From: the human T2T-CHM13v2.0 reference genome, Homo sapiens
DNA: 64,000 nucleotides
Reading direction: 5' to 3' (one strand)
Assembly: GCF_009914755.1 (NCBI RefSeq)
Contig: NC_060926.1
Of this stretch, positions 13,910 through 28,061 are shown one piece after another. The notes beneath the pieces were generated by a model. It ran no database searches. It had not been told where the DNA came from and worked only from the letters and a program-made list of their open reading frames with translations. The position numbers were made by a program, and so were the translations under genes. Numbering within the stretch: the stretch's first letter is position 1; each line of letters opens with the position of its first letter.

Positions 13910-14500
13910 ATTCTCTTCTTCACAGTAGTCAGAGTGATGTATTAAACTTCTCTAATACTATCTATGGAACTTAAAATAATGTCTTTATATCATCCTATGT
14001 CCCACAAATCCCTACATGAACTGGTTCTGGTAGCTTCCAATAAACATACCTTTCACCCTCCTTGCTTACAGAGCTCCAGTTTCACCAGCCTTTTGTCTAT
14101 TTTACAAACAAGGTATTTTCCATCTTAGGATTTCTTCATACTTTCTCTACTTGTTCACCTCTTTTTCTGGAATTTTGAATAAAGGGCTCCTTCTCTTCAT
14201 TCAGGTCTGTGCTGACATGTCACCTTCTTTAGAAGCCTTTCCTAATCACATGTTTAATAACCTGCACTTCTACTGTATCCTACCCCCTACCGATTACTAT
14301 TTTATTTTCTTCATTACATGTATTAGTGATGTCTAATGTTATATTAATTTCTTTATGTTGGTGTTTATTGCTTGAATTTCCAGATTGAATGTAAGCTCCA
14401 TAAGCATCAGGAATTTTTCTCTCCTGATCTCCCTTTTCCTATTGCCGAGAATGTGACTGGCATTGGAGAAGACAAAATAAAAAATTTGTTGAAGGAATGA
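13910..14500 (+). mobile_element. L2 LINE 3' fragment
   Basis: CATTCAGGTCTGTGCTGACATGTCACCTTCT and GAATGTAAGCTCCATAAG; ends TTTGTTGAAGGAATGA. Confidence 0.75.
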
Positions 14501-17500
14501 CCATTTGCAAATTAACCATTTGGGAAAAAGGAAAGCTCAGGAAGAAAAATCTCCCTTCTCCCGTTTAAACTAATGGTAAGAGATTAAATATATTGAAATG
14601 GATTGCTCGGGGACATTTGAGAAACATAATGAGCACTCAGTTTCTTTATGGTGGTTTATTCAATGAAAATGGGTAGGTTAGATGCCCTCTTCTTATAGCC
14701 TTTTAGATTTATTGTGTGTTTGTTTTCTCAGTAGCCACTCTTCCTTTCTTTCCCCAGATAAAAGCTCTAATTATTATTATTATTTCTATTCTGAAACCCA
14801 TTTAAAATGTCCAAAAACTATAGTCAAAACTGGCTTTTTCTCAATTTTTAAAAATTTTTGTGAGATTATTTCAGAGTAAGATGTAAAATGTTGAAGTCAT
14901 TTTGTGACATTTCAGCTTAATACCAAAACATTTTTTTCCTTAATATGCCAAAAGACATTTTTTTTAAATATACTCTTACAGATATTAAACAGTAAAAGCA
15001 CAAGAACATTATGAACACAAGATCTGATGAAATAACTCATGAAGATGTTTTATTTTAAAATCATTTTTCTATGAGTTCGAAGCAACATATTTAAGATATA
15101 TAAACTGTTCATTTAGTAAATTGGAAAAGGCTTCTGTTCAGTATCAGCATGCCAAGAATTCTAGCTCTCTATGTATTTCACTATTTGTTGGAAAATAACA
15201 TGTAGAAAAACAACAGTGCATTCCCTCTGCTGTTTTACTATAGTAAATATCGACATTCTTGGAATGCTAGGATTTGTTAAAGCTCATTTAGGGCAGACTG
15301 TATTCTGTTTGAGATCAAGTGTGTGTCTTCTACTTGTAGAATCTACACAGAATTCAGTAAATCTATTCCCTAATTTATTTTTGTAAGGGCATATATTTCA
15401 AGATTTTCATTGTCTAAAAATCTAGTAAGTCCTTCTTAAATGGAATTTATATCTGGATTAAAGTAGGTAGCACTTATTGTTGCAACCTATAATACTAGTA
15501 AAAGTAATATAAGTAACGTATCATAGTTCATTTTAGTATGGTAATAATTTACACTTCAATTCTCACTAGGCATATGTGTAACAACCACCAAGGACATTTA
15601 AAATAACAAGAGATTCAGTGAAATCACATGCAAAGAATTATTATTGAACGACCTGGAAATGCTTCTCATTTTCAGTCAGTGATAAAGGAGATGTCTGCTG
15701 CCTTTTACTGTTTCAAAATGGAATCTTTTAGCTAATGTTTCTGCCATCCTTTTAGGCCTTGCAATCTTCGTGCATTCATTTTCTCAAGTTTTGTGTGAAT
15801 ATAAGCCACATCTTCCATAATACATGGTTTTAGTACCATTTGACTTTAGCTTCTGAACAGATTTTTTTTTCTTTTTTTCTTTCATTTTAATGACAGAAGA
15901 CCTTCAAAAGCAACAAGAATTCCTTGATTATTTCTAGCTATCTAGTTCTTGCAGCGATCATGCAGATTGCTTTGGTCACACACTGAGAAAACCCCATAAT
16001 TACAAGGATATTTATGATAGCAGCACTGCTATTTCAGGGAATTACATTATAGTTCACACTAAAAATAAAAGGGCAACACATTTTACATGCTGGTAGCTGG
16101 TTTCCCTTGATAGATGCACTTGCTTTTTCTGCAGACTTAAATTTATCCTTCACCATATGCTCTTCAAGTACTCCAGAAAATACAATATTGCAACTGAATT
16201 CCCTTGAAAGTAAGTTACTCTTCCTCCCTACAGACTTCCTTGTCAGATTCATAGTCTCTCTTTGTTGTATTCTTAGTCTTACCTGCATACAAATGCCCAG
16301 TATTTGCAGAGCTCTAGTAATTTTGTACTTTGATTTAGAGAATACTTGGAGGAACAGCCAGGCAATCACTCCTATAACGTTTTGGGCATGACTGGGGAGA
16401 TGACATAGGCAATCGTGTTATTAAAATGATTGAAAAAAGTTGGTGCTCAAGTAGCAATATTTTTGTTTTTCTTTATTTAGTCATTCTTTTCACAAAAATT
16501 CATTGAAATATTTTTGCTTTAAGCAGTTTGGAAATAATTGTACTAACCCTGCTTATGCAGAACACAACATAATCCTGTTGCATTATTTGCATGGTAGTGA
16601 AAGGACACTTATACACTCTCTGCCTAAAACAATCTCCCAGTCCAGGTGGCACCAACTAAAATTTGTTCATAGATACTTGGTCCTTTAGTTTCTCTTGGAA
16701 GTGTCTTTAAAAATATATCCTGCAAATGGCCATGCTAATCCTTGTTATACAATTACTTCCCTAAGCAACAGAGTTTCAGGGCAATTATAAGATACTTATT
16801 ATGGAGAAAAGGAAAGGAGCAGGAAAATTTTAAAAGGAAGATTCTGAATACCGGGAGGAGTAGTGCATTTAATAGTCTATATAGTCCATAGATACTATTT
16901 TTTAATAAATGTGAAAGGGTGAACAGAAAATGTTAAAATAAGGCTGGCCTATTGTAGGATAGTGCCTAGCCAGTTCTTCTAAGGATTCTGACTTTGCCTT
17001 TGGCTTCCAAATTAATTTGAAATCCTACTTCATTTCAGCCACTGCATTCTATTTTTCCCCCAAAACGAAAGAAGATATTTTGCCTTCATTTGATATTGAT
17101 AATTTATCAAGATATCAGAACATTAAAATAAAAATCTTGATGTGAGACCAACCAAGGAATTCCTCATGTATCTTTAATCAGTTTTAAAACTGATTGCTAC
17201 AGAGTTGGTGAAAACCGAAAAGGTATCTAGCCTCCTTTATTTTAGAAAAATCTTTCCACATTCAAAGCAAACCAAGGGTGTCTGCAAAGTATGTAGAAAC
17301 TTAGAAATGGTGCAATTGGTAAATAGATGAGAAAGTGAAGGTGTTTGTTCCAGTGTGTGCATGTGGGCAGCTTGCCTAGGGATCAAATGAATCTGATCAA
17401 AACTTTTGTGATTGTTTATTTGTGAAACAGCAAGTCAGACTTGATGTTGTTTGGGTCACCTTTTGTGCCATCACTCTAATTGCAGCTCTCTTCTCTGTAG

Positions 17501-17788
17501 GCCTAGAACATGCAGGTGTTCAGTGCTAGGAGAGGAGGATGCAAAAGCTCCCAATCACAGCTTCTGGTCATCTGAGAAAGGTTCCAACATATGACCCCAA
17601 AAGACTGACCTCACTTCCCTGCAAGTATACCACAGAGAGAAAATCTTCCTTTGTCAAGGACATTGTTTTAGGCAGAAATAATAGCCACACCTGCCTGACA
17701 CAGTGTTTTATTTATCTTTGTTTTTGTGTAGCAAATTAGAAAAACATGCACTATAGTATTTTCACATTATTTTTAAAGGGATCTATCT

Positions 17789-18045
17789 AGAATCATATAA
17801 TTTTAAGGCTGAATGAAACTTCAAAGGCAATCTGGTCTTTTTCTAATGCATAAATCCCTTTACAATACCCACTAACATGATTTATTAGCTCAAGTCGTTT
17901 AAGTTATTGGAACTCATTGCCTCATCAGACAACCCATTTTACTTTAGCAGCTTGGAGTGTTAGAATTTTTGTCTTATATTGAGTTGAAATCTGTAGCCCT
18001 TTCTTCTCTATAACCTGAACCCATTTGTCCTAATTTGGCTTCCCA
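17789..18045 (-). mobile_element. L3/CR1 LINE 3' fragment
   Basis: AGAATCATATAATTTT (antisense of the ATTCTRTG tail), GGAACTCATTGCCTC, TCTTATATTGAGTTGAAATCTG. Confidence 0.6.
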
Positions 18046-18349
18046 GAAGGATGCAGAAAAAGATAAGTTCTCATTTACTTGATAGTGTTTCATTTTTAAG
18101 CCACATATAGCCTAAGTCATTCATACAGTCTTTTTGATTTTTAAAAAATAACAAATTATTTCAAATATCTTCAACATCTTTCTAAAGATTCACAGATGCA
18201 CAGATTTTTATAAAATGGAAGACATTTTGGAAATTATCTGTTTTTCTCTTGAAAACACAGTTCTATAAAATCCTAATTCTAGAGATGAGAATAGTAAAAA
18301 AAAAAAAAAAAAAAAATCACCATAAGATACTTATCTTTGGTTCAGTCTC

Positions 18350-18761
18350 TGTATTAGTCTGTTCTTACATTGCTATAAAGAAATACCTGAGACTGAGTAA
18401 TTCATAAGAAAAGAGATTTAATTGGCTCACAGTTCTGCTGGCTGTACAGGAAGCATAGCCGTGTCTGCTCCTGGGGAGGCTTCCAGAAGCTTCCAATCAT
18501 GGTGAAAGGCAGAGAAGGAGCAGGCAGGTTACATGGTGCAAACAGAAGCAAGAGAGGGGGCAGGGAGGTACCACACACTTTTAAATGATCTCAGAAGAAC
18601 TCACTCACTATCACAAGGACAGTACCAAGAGTGATGGTGATAACCATTCATGAGAAATCCACCCCACTGAGCCAATCGCTTCCTACCAGGCCCCACCTCC
18701 AACATTGGGGATTGCATTTCAATACGAGATTTGGGCAAGAATACACATGCAAACTATATTG
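18350..18761 (-). mobile_element. MSTA MaLR solo LTR with 5-bp TSD GTCTC
   Basis: TGTATTAGTCTGTTCTTACATTGCTATAAAG ... CAAACTATATTG, with GTCTC at 18345-18349 and 18762-18766. Confidence 0.92.
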
Positions 18762-19010
18762 GTCTCCTTATGCCTGTGATGCTTGAACTAGAATACTCCT
18801 TCTCCTGGAGTTAGGTGAAAGGAGTCATAGGTAAACCTGGTGAATCTTTTTTTTTAACATTAACTTTCTTTAAAGTTTTCTCTCAAAGGAGTCTCAGGAT
18901 TTTTATATTAAATAAAAACTTTGACATAAGAAGAATTCAAATAAAAATTTGGCATGAAATATGAGATTTCAAATAATTTGTAATTTTCAGAATGCTGCTT
19001 TAGTCTAGTC

Positions 19011-19222
19011 CAGTTGTTCTCAGCCATGGGTGATTTTGTTCACTGAGGACATTTGGCCATATCTGAAAACGTTTTGGGTTATCACAAAATACTAGAGTGC
19101 TACTAGAATCAAGTGAGTAGAAGCTGGGGTATGCTGGTAAGTCTGCAATGTACATGAAAGACATCCACAACAAAGAATTATTTTAACTAAAAATGTCAAC
19201 AGTTTGGGTTTGAGAAACCCTG
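19011..19222. mobile_element. MER20 hAT-Charlie MITE
   Basis: Termini CAGTTGTTCTCA ... TGAGAAACCCTG; internal GGACATTTGG and CACAACAAAGAATTA. Confidence 0.85.
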
Positions 19223-19331
19223 AATTTCTCAATCCTGGTTACCATTACGGGTACCTCAATGGAATGTTTATTATTCGTCATTAATGATTTCTCATCTTTT
19301 AAGTGCAGAATAGAAAGTACTACCTTGATAG

Positions 19332-19809
19332 TATAAACCAAAAAAATATCTGAGACAGGTCTCAATCAATTTAGAGATTTATTTTGCCAAGGCTAAGGAC
19401 ATGTCCGGGTAAAAGGAACACAAAATCACAGAAACAGTCTGTGATCTATGCCTTTTTCTAAAGATGATTTTGAAGGCTTTAATATTTCAGGGGGAAAATG
19501 AGCTGGAGGTGAAAAAGAGAGAATATTATATGGTCACATTACTGAATCCACATGTTGCAAGAGAAAGAAGCAGGTAGAGGAATAGTCAATTATGTATTTG
19601 TCTCGTGCTCTGTAAATCAGCACTTCACATAAGATAAAGTGAACATAGAATAGTTACCTGTGGGAGACCTGGCCTTTTTAGCTGTGGCCATCTGCTTAGG
19701 AACACAAGGAAAGGCAGTTTTGTTTCTTGTATTACTCAGCTTTCAGCTTATTTTTTTTTTCCTTTTGGCATAGTGAAATGTGGTCCTGATATTTTATTTT
19801 CCTTTCACA
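19332..19809 (-). mobile_element. MER4-group ERV1 solo LTR
   Basis: The minus strand starts TGTGAAAGGAAAATAAAAT. The plus strand has TCTGAGACAGGTCTCAATCAATTTAGA. Flanks are ATAG/AAAG. Confidence 0.85.
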
Positions 19810-20019
19810 AAAGGAAAGGTTTTCTCTTTTTTTTTCTTTTTTAAATAAAGGAGTCTAGATGCCTTTTCTGTTTTCACCAACTCTGGAGCAATCTGAGTGA
19901 TCTCCAATCATATCTTTTGTTCTGGTTTTCTCGGTAGTCCCATGAAGAAGGTTGACCGCCTCCTATATTAAAAAACTGCATACGGGGCCTTAACACTGAG
20001 ACTAGGTTTCATAGAGTGC

Positions 20020-20431
20020 TGTGTTTCTCAGGATTCTCCAAACAGAACCAAGAGAATGTGCGTATAGAGAGAAACAGATTATTTTAGAAATTGGCTCACA
20101 TGATTATGGAGGCTGACAAGTCCAAAATCTGCAGAGCGGGTTGGCAGGCTGGAGACCCAGGAAAGAGCTGAGGCTGCAGTTCAAGTCCAGAGACCATCTG
20201 CTGCAGATTCCTTCTTGCTCAGGGTAGAAAAGTCTTTTGTTCTTATCATGTCTTCAAGTGATTGAATGAGACCCACACACATTATGGAGGGCAGTTTGCT
20301 TTACTCAAAGTCTATTAATTTGAATATCAATCTTTCCCAAAATGCTTGGACAGAAATATCCAGAATAATATTTGATCAAATATCCAGGCACTGTAGTCTA
20401 GCCAAGTTGACATACAAAATTAGCCATCATA
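20020..20431 (-). mobile_element. MLT2 ERVL solo LTR
   Basis: AATTGGCTCACATGATTATGGAGGCTGACAAGTCC ... AAGTTGACATACAAAATTAGCCATCA. Confidence 0.85.
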
Positions 20432-20891
20432 GTACTTTTCTGCTAAATGCATTGTGTCTCATCCTGTGCTCACTCTGTACCTCTTTAGGAGTATTAGAAG
20501 AGATCAACGATGCAGGGATGGCCATGGCTTCCTCAAAGAGCTTGTATCACCAGCCTCTCCTCAGCAAAACAGGCAATTATAGCAATTTTGGATTGGTCCA
20601 TGTGCTGCATGATTCATGTTTTACTTTGAATTTATTTGTAACATACGTATGTTATCATATTAGGGAAGGCTGACCTCTGCTAGAAAGTTCCACCTAAGTC
20701 AGGTAGACCTCTACAGCTTTCAGGTAATTCCAATTACTCTTTGAGTTCTTCCCTGAGCTCCAGTGAGCCTCTTCCAGTGAGCAGGGATTGGGGTGGGAGA
20801 TATCTATGCGTGGTAGCAGTAATGACATGTCTTACTTGCACCCTTCTAGACATAATGTTTCACTTTATCTTTTAGAGAGATTTTATTTGAA

Positions 20892-21373
20892 TGTATCAAG
20901 AGGGCCTTAATCTTTCCCTCAGGTTGGCTAAACTTTAGACTGTTTTCTTCCTGACTATAGGCCCCTGACTTATCTTTTCTTAGAGCACTTATTTAGAAAA
21001 TCTGCAATTGTAAACAATTCTTCTGCCCATTTGAAATGTATGTAAATCTTCTTCCAGCCTCTTGTCAGTTTTATAACCCAGGAAATGGCTGTCTGGAGGA
21101 CCTGGGAATTATCCTTGTGAAATGTATTCAAGGAAGATAGCACCCCATTTCCCAGTCTCTATGGATAGCTAGGAGCCTAGTTAGATGGGCACTAATTATC
21201 AACACATATGGCCTAATCAAAGAGAAAAATGGTTTGCAAACTCAGCAATAACTTAATGTACTCAATACATTTTATTTCAGCAAAGTTGATTTCAGTCTTT
21301 TTTCACTATCACAATAGGCTGAATATTCTTCCTTGCCTGTTTAACTTTGTCTGGTGCACATTTTACTTTGACA
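20892..21373 (+). mobile_element. MER67-like ERV1 solo LTR
   Basis: GCTAAACTTTAGAC..TTCTTCCTGACTATAGGCCCCTGAC and CTTCCTTGCCTGTTTAACT; ends TTTGACA. Confidence 0.65.
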
Positions 21374-22021
21374 GTATTTTTAAAGTAACTCTCAACTTCC
21401 TATACTATAAGGATAAGTGATGATATTAATTTCAGGTACCATGATGTATCAGGAATCACAGGATAAGCAGTTTTCTGTGGTAGGCAAGTTTCACTGGGCT
21501 TTTCTAATTTTTCAAGGAGAAACTAGATAGGTATTATCTTTGAAGGATGACATGCAGAAAAAAATGAAACTTTTCCCACATTTTCAACAGTAATGAAAAC
21601 TGTCTTACCCTCAAACACCTCAAGGCATTATTCTGAAAATTCTAACTTAAAATTAATTTCAATACTTTTCAAATGTCAAAAATGTAAGTAATAGTAAGGA
21701 TAGAGAGAAGAAAGCCAAAAGAAGCAAAAGCTGTGTAAATATATTTAGAAAGAACATAAGAAGCTGTTTAAGTTTTATTCTTCAAATTTGGAAAGATATC
21801 CACAGACCAAAGAAATAGAAAGATACATAACTTTGTAACTTCTTATTACTACTCAATGTATTTTCTTTTAGACCTATTGCCTACCACTTATCTTCCTTTG
21901 AAATCTGAGATGCTAATACTGTAAAATAAAGATCAAGAAACAGTAGATTTTAGATTTTACCAACCCAATCCCACCATATCATATTTTTTTTTCTAAATTT
22001 TTCTCCCAGGTTTCTCTTTAA

Positions 22022-25000
22022 AAACATTTGTGGGTATATAATAGGTATACATATTTACGGGGTGCATGAGATATTTTGATACAGGCATGCAATGTGTCTT
22101 AATACAGGCATGAAATTCCCCCCAGTAATGTACAAGGGTTTCTTTTTCTCCACATCCTCATCAGCATTTGTTCTTGCCTGTCTTTTGGATATAAGCCATT
22201 TTAACTGGGGTCAGATGATATCTCATTGTAGTTTTGATTTGCACTTCTCTGATGATCAGTGATGTTGAGCAACTATTCATTTGCCTGTTTGCCATTTGTA
22301 TGTCTTCTTTTGAGCAACATCTATTTAAATCTTTTATCCAATCTTTGATCAGATTATTAGATTTTGTTTTTCCTTCACAGTTGTTTGAACTCCTTACATA
22401 GTCTGGTTATTAATCCCTTGTCAGATTCGTAGTTTGCAAATATTTTCTCCCATTTTATGAGTTGTCATTTCACTTTGTGGATTGTATCCTTTGCTTTGCA
22501 GAAGCTTATTAACTTGATGTAATCCTATTTGTCCATTACTGTTTTGGTTGTCTGTGCTTGTGGGGTATTACTAAAAAAACGTTTGCCCAGACCAATGTCC
22601 TGGAGGTTTTCCCCAGTGTTTTCTTGTGGTAGTTTCATAGTTTGAAAACTTAGGTTTAAGTCTTTCATGCATTTTGATTTAATTTTTGTATATGGTGAGA
22701 CATAAGGATCTAGTTTCATTCTTCCGTATATGAATATCCAGTTTTTCCTGCAACATTTATTGAAGAGACTGTCTTTTCCGCTGTGTGTGTTCTTGGCATC
22801 TTCATCAAAAATGAGTTCACTATAGGCATGTGGATTCATTTGTGGGTTCTCTCTTCTGTTCCATTGGTCTATATGTCTGTTTTTATGCCAGTGCCATGCT
22901 GTTTTGGTTACTGTAGCTTATAGTATAACTTGTAGTCAGGTAATGTGATTCCTCTAATTTTGCTCTTTTTGCTTAGGATAGCTTTGGATATTTTGGGTCT
23001 TCTGTAGTTCCATATAAGCTTTAGGATTGTTTTTTCTGTTTCTGTGAAGAATATCATTTGTATTTTGGTAGGGATTGCGTTGAATCTGTAGACTGCTTTG
23101 AGTAGTATGAACATTTTAACAATATTGATTCTTCCGATCCACTAACATGGAATTTTTTAAATGTTTTGTGTTCTCCTCAATTTCTACCATCAGTGTTTTA
23201 TAGTTTTTATTATAGAGATCTTTCACTTCCTGGATTAAGTTAATTCCTACGTATTTAATTTCATGTGTGGCTATTGCAAACGGAATTTTTTTTAATTTCT
23301 TTTTCACATTGTTCACTGTTGGCATATAGAAATGCTACTGATTTTTATATGTTAATTTTGTATCCTGCACCTTTAGTGAATTTGTGTATCAGTTCTAATA
23401 GTTTTATGTGGAGTCTTGAGGCTTTTCCAAATAAAAATCATATCATCTGCAAACAAGGATAGTTTGATTCCTTTGTTTTTAATTTTAATACCCTTTATAT
23501 CTTTCTCTTGTTTGATGCTCTAGCTAGGACATCTAGTACTAATGTTGAGTAACAGTGGTGACAGTCGGCATCCCTCTGGTGTTCCAGATCTTAAAGGAAA
23601 GGCTTTCGGTTTTTCCCCATTCATTTTGATACTAGCCGTGGGTCTGTTGTATATGTCTTTTATTATGTTGTGATATATTTTGTCTATCTCCAGTTTTTTT
23701 AGGGTTTTTGTCATGAAAGAGATGTTGAATTTTATCAAATGCCTTTTCAGGATTAATTGAAATGATCATGTGACTTTTATCCTTAATTCTGTTGAGACAA
23801 TGTATCACGGTGGTTAATTTATGTATGTTGAACCATCCTTGTGTCTCAGAGATAAATACCGCTTGGTCAAAATGGATAATCTTTCTAATGCATTGTTGAA
23901 TTTGGTTTGCTAGTATTTTGTTGAGGATTTTTACATCAATATTTATCGGAGACATTGGTCTTAGTTTTCTTTTTTTGATGTGTCTTTGAGGGTAATATTA
24001 ACCTCATAGAATGAGTTTGAAAGTATTCCCTTATCTTTTATTTTTTGGAATAGTTTGACAGGATTGGTATTAGTTCTTGTTTAAATGTTTGGTATAATCC
24101 AGCAGTAAAGTCATCAGGTCCTGGGTTTTCTTTACTGAGAATCTTCATATGATGGTTTCAATCTCATTCTTTGTTATTGGTCTGTTCAGGCTTTGGATTT
24201 CTCCTGGTTCAAATTTGGTGGGTTGTATGTATTTAGGATTTTGTCCATTTTTTCTAGATTTTCTAATTTATTGGTATGTAATTGCTCATAGTAGCCATAA
24301 ATTATCCTCTGAATTTCTGCAGTATCAGTTGTAATGTCTCCTTTTTCATTTCTGATTTTAATTTATTTTTTTTTCTTAGTTCGTCTGGCTAAAGGTTTGT
24401 GAATTTTGTTCAACTTTTAAGTAAACCAACATTTTGTTTCATTCATCTTTTATTCATTTTGTTTTCATTGATTTTTGCTCTGATCTGTATTATTTCTTTT
24501 CTTCTTCTGATTTTGGGTTTGGTTCACTCTTGCTCTTCTAGTTCTGCAAGACACATTATTAGATTGTTCATTTGAAGTTTTTATTCATTTTTGACGTAGG
24601 CATTTATAGCTATAAACTTCCCTCTTACTATTGCTTTTGCTTTATCATATAGGTTTTAGTATGTCATGTTTCCATTATTATTTGTTTTAAGAATTTTTTC
24701 ACTTTCTTTCTTAATTTCTTCATTGATCCACAGGTCACTCAAGAGCATATTGCTTAATTTCATGTATATTATAGTTTCAAAAATTCCTCTTATTATTAAT
24801 TTCTAGTTGTATTCCATTGTGGTCAGAAAAGATACTTGATATTATTTAAAATTTTTAACATTTTAAGATGTGTATTTTGGCCCAAATATGGCCTATTCTT
24901 GAGATGACCTATGTGCTGAGGAAAAGAATGTATATTCTGCAGCTCTTGGATGAAATGTTCTATAAATATCTATTAGATTATTCAGTCCATTGTGCAGATT

Positions 25001-25790
25001 AAGTCTCATGTTTCTTTGGGGATTTTCTGACTGGAAGATCTGCCCAATACTGAATGTGGTGTGTTGATGTCTCCAGCTATTATTGTATTGGGATGCTCCA
25101 GGTTTTGGTGCCTATACATTTAAAATGGTTATACCCGCTTACTGAATTGACCCTGTTATCACTATATAGTGACCTTCTTTGTCTCTTCTGAAAGTTTTTG
25201 TCTTGAAATCTATTTTCTTTAAGTATAGCAACTCCTGCTCTAGTTTGGTTTCCATTGTCATAGAATGTCTTTTTCATCCCTTTATTTTTAGTCTATGTGT
25301 GTCTTTATAGGTGAGGTGTGTTTCTTGTAGACAACAGATCAGTCGATCTTGTTTTTTCTTCCAGTCAGCCTCTCTATATCTTTTCATTGGAGAGTCCATT
25401 TCATTTTCATTCAGCGTTAATATTCATAAGTAAAGACTGACTCCTATCATTTTGTTATTTGTTTTCTGGTCTTCCTTCTTTCTTTTCTTCCTGTCTTCCT
25501 CTAGTGAAGGTGATTTTTATCTGGTGATATGATTATTTTCTTACATTTTTTTTGTGTGTATACATAGTATGTTATGTGTTTTTCTTGTTTTTTTTTTTGG
25601 TTTGAGGTTAACATGAGGCTTCCAAATACTGTCTCATAATTCCTTATTTTAACCTGATAACAACTTTAACACTATTTACCTAAACAAACAAGGAAAAAGA
25701 AAATTAATGAAAACTCTACACGTTAACTTCACATTTTGTTGTTTCTATTTATATCTTATTGTACTATGTCTTGAAAAGTTATTGTAGTTT
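22022..25790 (-). mobile_element. L1MA1/2-like LINE: decayed ORF2 plus inter-ORF region, with most of the 3' UTR deleted
   Basis: Minus-strand ORF fragments match L1 ORF2p ([46 protein letters not shown]). The 3' end reads GAGATATTTTGATACAGGCATGCAATG. Confidence 0.92.
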
Positions 25791-28061
25791 GTTTAAAGAC
25801 TTTAGTTTTGCACCTGATAGTGATGTTGACAATGCTATAATTAATTATAAATTGATATTGTTTTAAAGTTATTATATGTAATAATGAAAACATTACATCT
25901 TTTGAAAATGTAAGATAAATCTGTTATATTTCTTTCTTTGTTTTTTATTTTAAACCTATATGTCTATGGTTTTAAAGTGCTCCAATGTTAAAAGCTATTT
26001 ATTTCAATAAATGTAACAAAAACAGTCCTTAAATAAAAATTGGACTATCTCCTTGGCTTGGAACTAGATGCCTTCCAAGCCCAGCTTAATAAAAACCAAA
26101 ATTGCTTGGGTTTATTCTCTGTGCAAATTAAAAAGAAAATAAAAGATCAAAACAATTTTAGGAACTTCTTAGCACCAAAGGCATGAAAATTGTTTCACAG
26201 TGCAAAAATTAGCAGTCCTATAGCAGATAAACTCCTTTTCAAATACAGGATATCATTTTCTCTTGAATATCATGTGCATTGTATCCAGACTTGGTGCTAT
26301 GTGACTATTGGTTTTGCAAATTTGCCAAAATCCTAAGGGCATTTCAGTTGACTTTAAATTAATTTTTTAAACAATTTTTTTTTCAATTTCTTCTGTACTC
26401 AAGAAAGTCTCAGAAGTCTATCTTAAGAAGTCTTAAGTATGCATTATTTACTACTCACATTATTATTGGAATTATTTTTACTCCTAATTGGCCACTAAAA
26501 TCCTTAATGTTTGAATAATGTGCATAAAGCATCATAAAATCTAAAAAATATTATATGAGTATTTCTTGTTTAATGCATGTGTTACTGATATTATGAAAAT
26601 ACTTGTTTACTGAAAGGCTTTTTATGTCAGGAGGCATCTATATGTTAGAGAAGTCACACATGGCCTTAGTACTTGTCCCTTTCTCTCATCATCTTTCTTA
26701 TTAACCCCACGGGTGATATTATTCTCTACTATTCTTTGGGTACAGAATATATATACATCATTTCCTTTCCACTGGAATGTAATCTGCCCTGTATGCCATC
26801 ACAAGACCTTCATAATTTATAAATCCATGCTGGAGATAGAAAATTGTTTATCTGGGTTTGGTGAGTCATCTACAGTTTGCTTTTGGTTATCCTGATTAGA
26901 AAGTTCATTTGTTCTTTCATTCTAACTTTGTAGGATAGAATAAGTTAATTGGCCTGTGTTCCAGTTAAATTAAATATATTGAGACACTTTATTTTCTCAG
27001 TGTACAAAGGACTACTTTTTTATAACCTTTCAAACTGAGAAAAATCTTAAAGATATTTTCAAAATGGATGCAAAATTGTTCTTAGTGCTTATAATCTGGA
27101 TGTCTTTAAAGCTAATAAATAGATTCTAACTTATTATAACTTCATCTGTAAACCAAAGTAATTCCTGAAACATATATGTAGCATCTTGTATGATACTAGT
27201 TATTATAAAAAAAGAAATGATTAAAATATAAGCCTGCTTACAAGAAACTTACGTTCTAGTTGTCCAAAGGTAATGTATTCATAGATCATCACAATTCAAA
27301 TCAATATCTGAAATGCATTACGGCAGGGACAGACTGTATTAACAGTTTAGAGAAGGTTGGGTTCATTTTTGGCTCTTTGTAGATATGGCTTGAGGAGTAA
27401 TGGAAAGATTTAGGAAATAGGGTAGGTTTTGCTTTAGAGGTAGTTGGTGAAGACAAATGCATTTTTCAGGACCACAGCTATTCTTTTTTAAGGCAGTAAC
27501 TTGCTCAGGAAGATCTTCATTGATTTATTCAGAATTTACATTGTTCTTTTGTTCATTGAAATGTTGAACATATCTGAGTTCAGGGGCATTCTAGCCAGAC
27601 TAAGGCTTCATTCTGAGAGCATTGATTTTAGACCAGTAATCTAAGATGTTTTTGTTCTGCAGAGGATTACAAATTTCACCAGTACCACACTCCACACATT
27701 TCACTTTATTTTATTTTTATTTTTGGCAGCAGGAGTGGGGTGTGTGTGGGGGACAGGGCAGTGGGGTTGGAGTGAAGGATAGGGAATTAGAGGTCGATGC
27801 AAAGGTGACATGTTTTGGAGGTAGAACTCTGAGTTATTTATCAGCCTGAGTGGCAGCTTGCCCTATAAAGTATAAGCAGCTATAGCAACAGCTAAATACT
27901 TCATGATTCTAAAGAAAGACAAGATTGGTCATCCTTGCATTCTACATAGCTATATAACTTTAAATAGAGAAATGCCAAATTGAAACATGAGCTGAGAAGA
28001 GACACAGCATACATGACTTGAGAATACAGAGGAAAAACTAAAATCCTAGATGGTTCTGTTA

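Noticed and set aside
16034-16391. Overlapping opposite-strand ORFs (111 aa and 94 aa)
   Set aside because: Both have non-ATG starts and no homology, and ORFs of this length are expected by chance.
18297-18316. A20 tract as the tail of a retrocopy
   Set aside because: There is no recognisable upstream retroposed body and no TSD.
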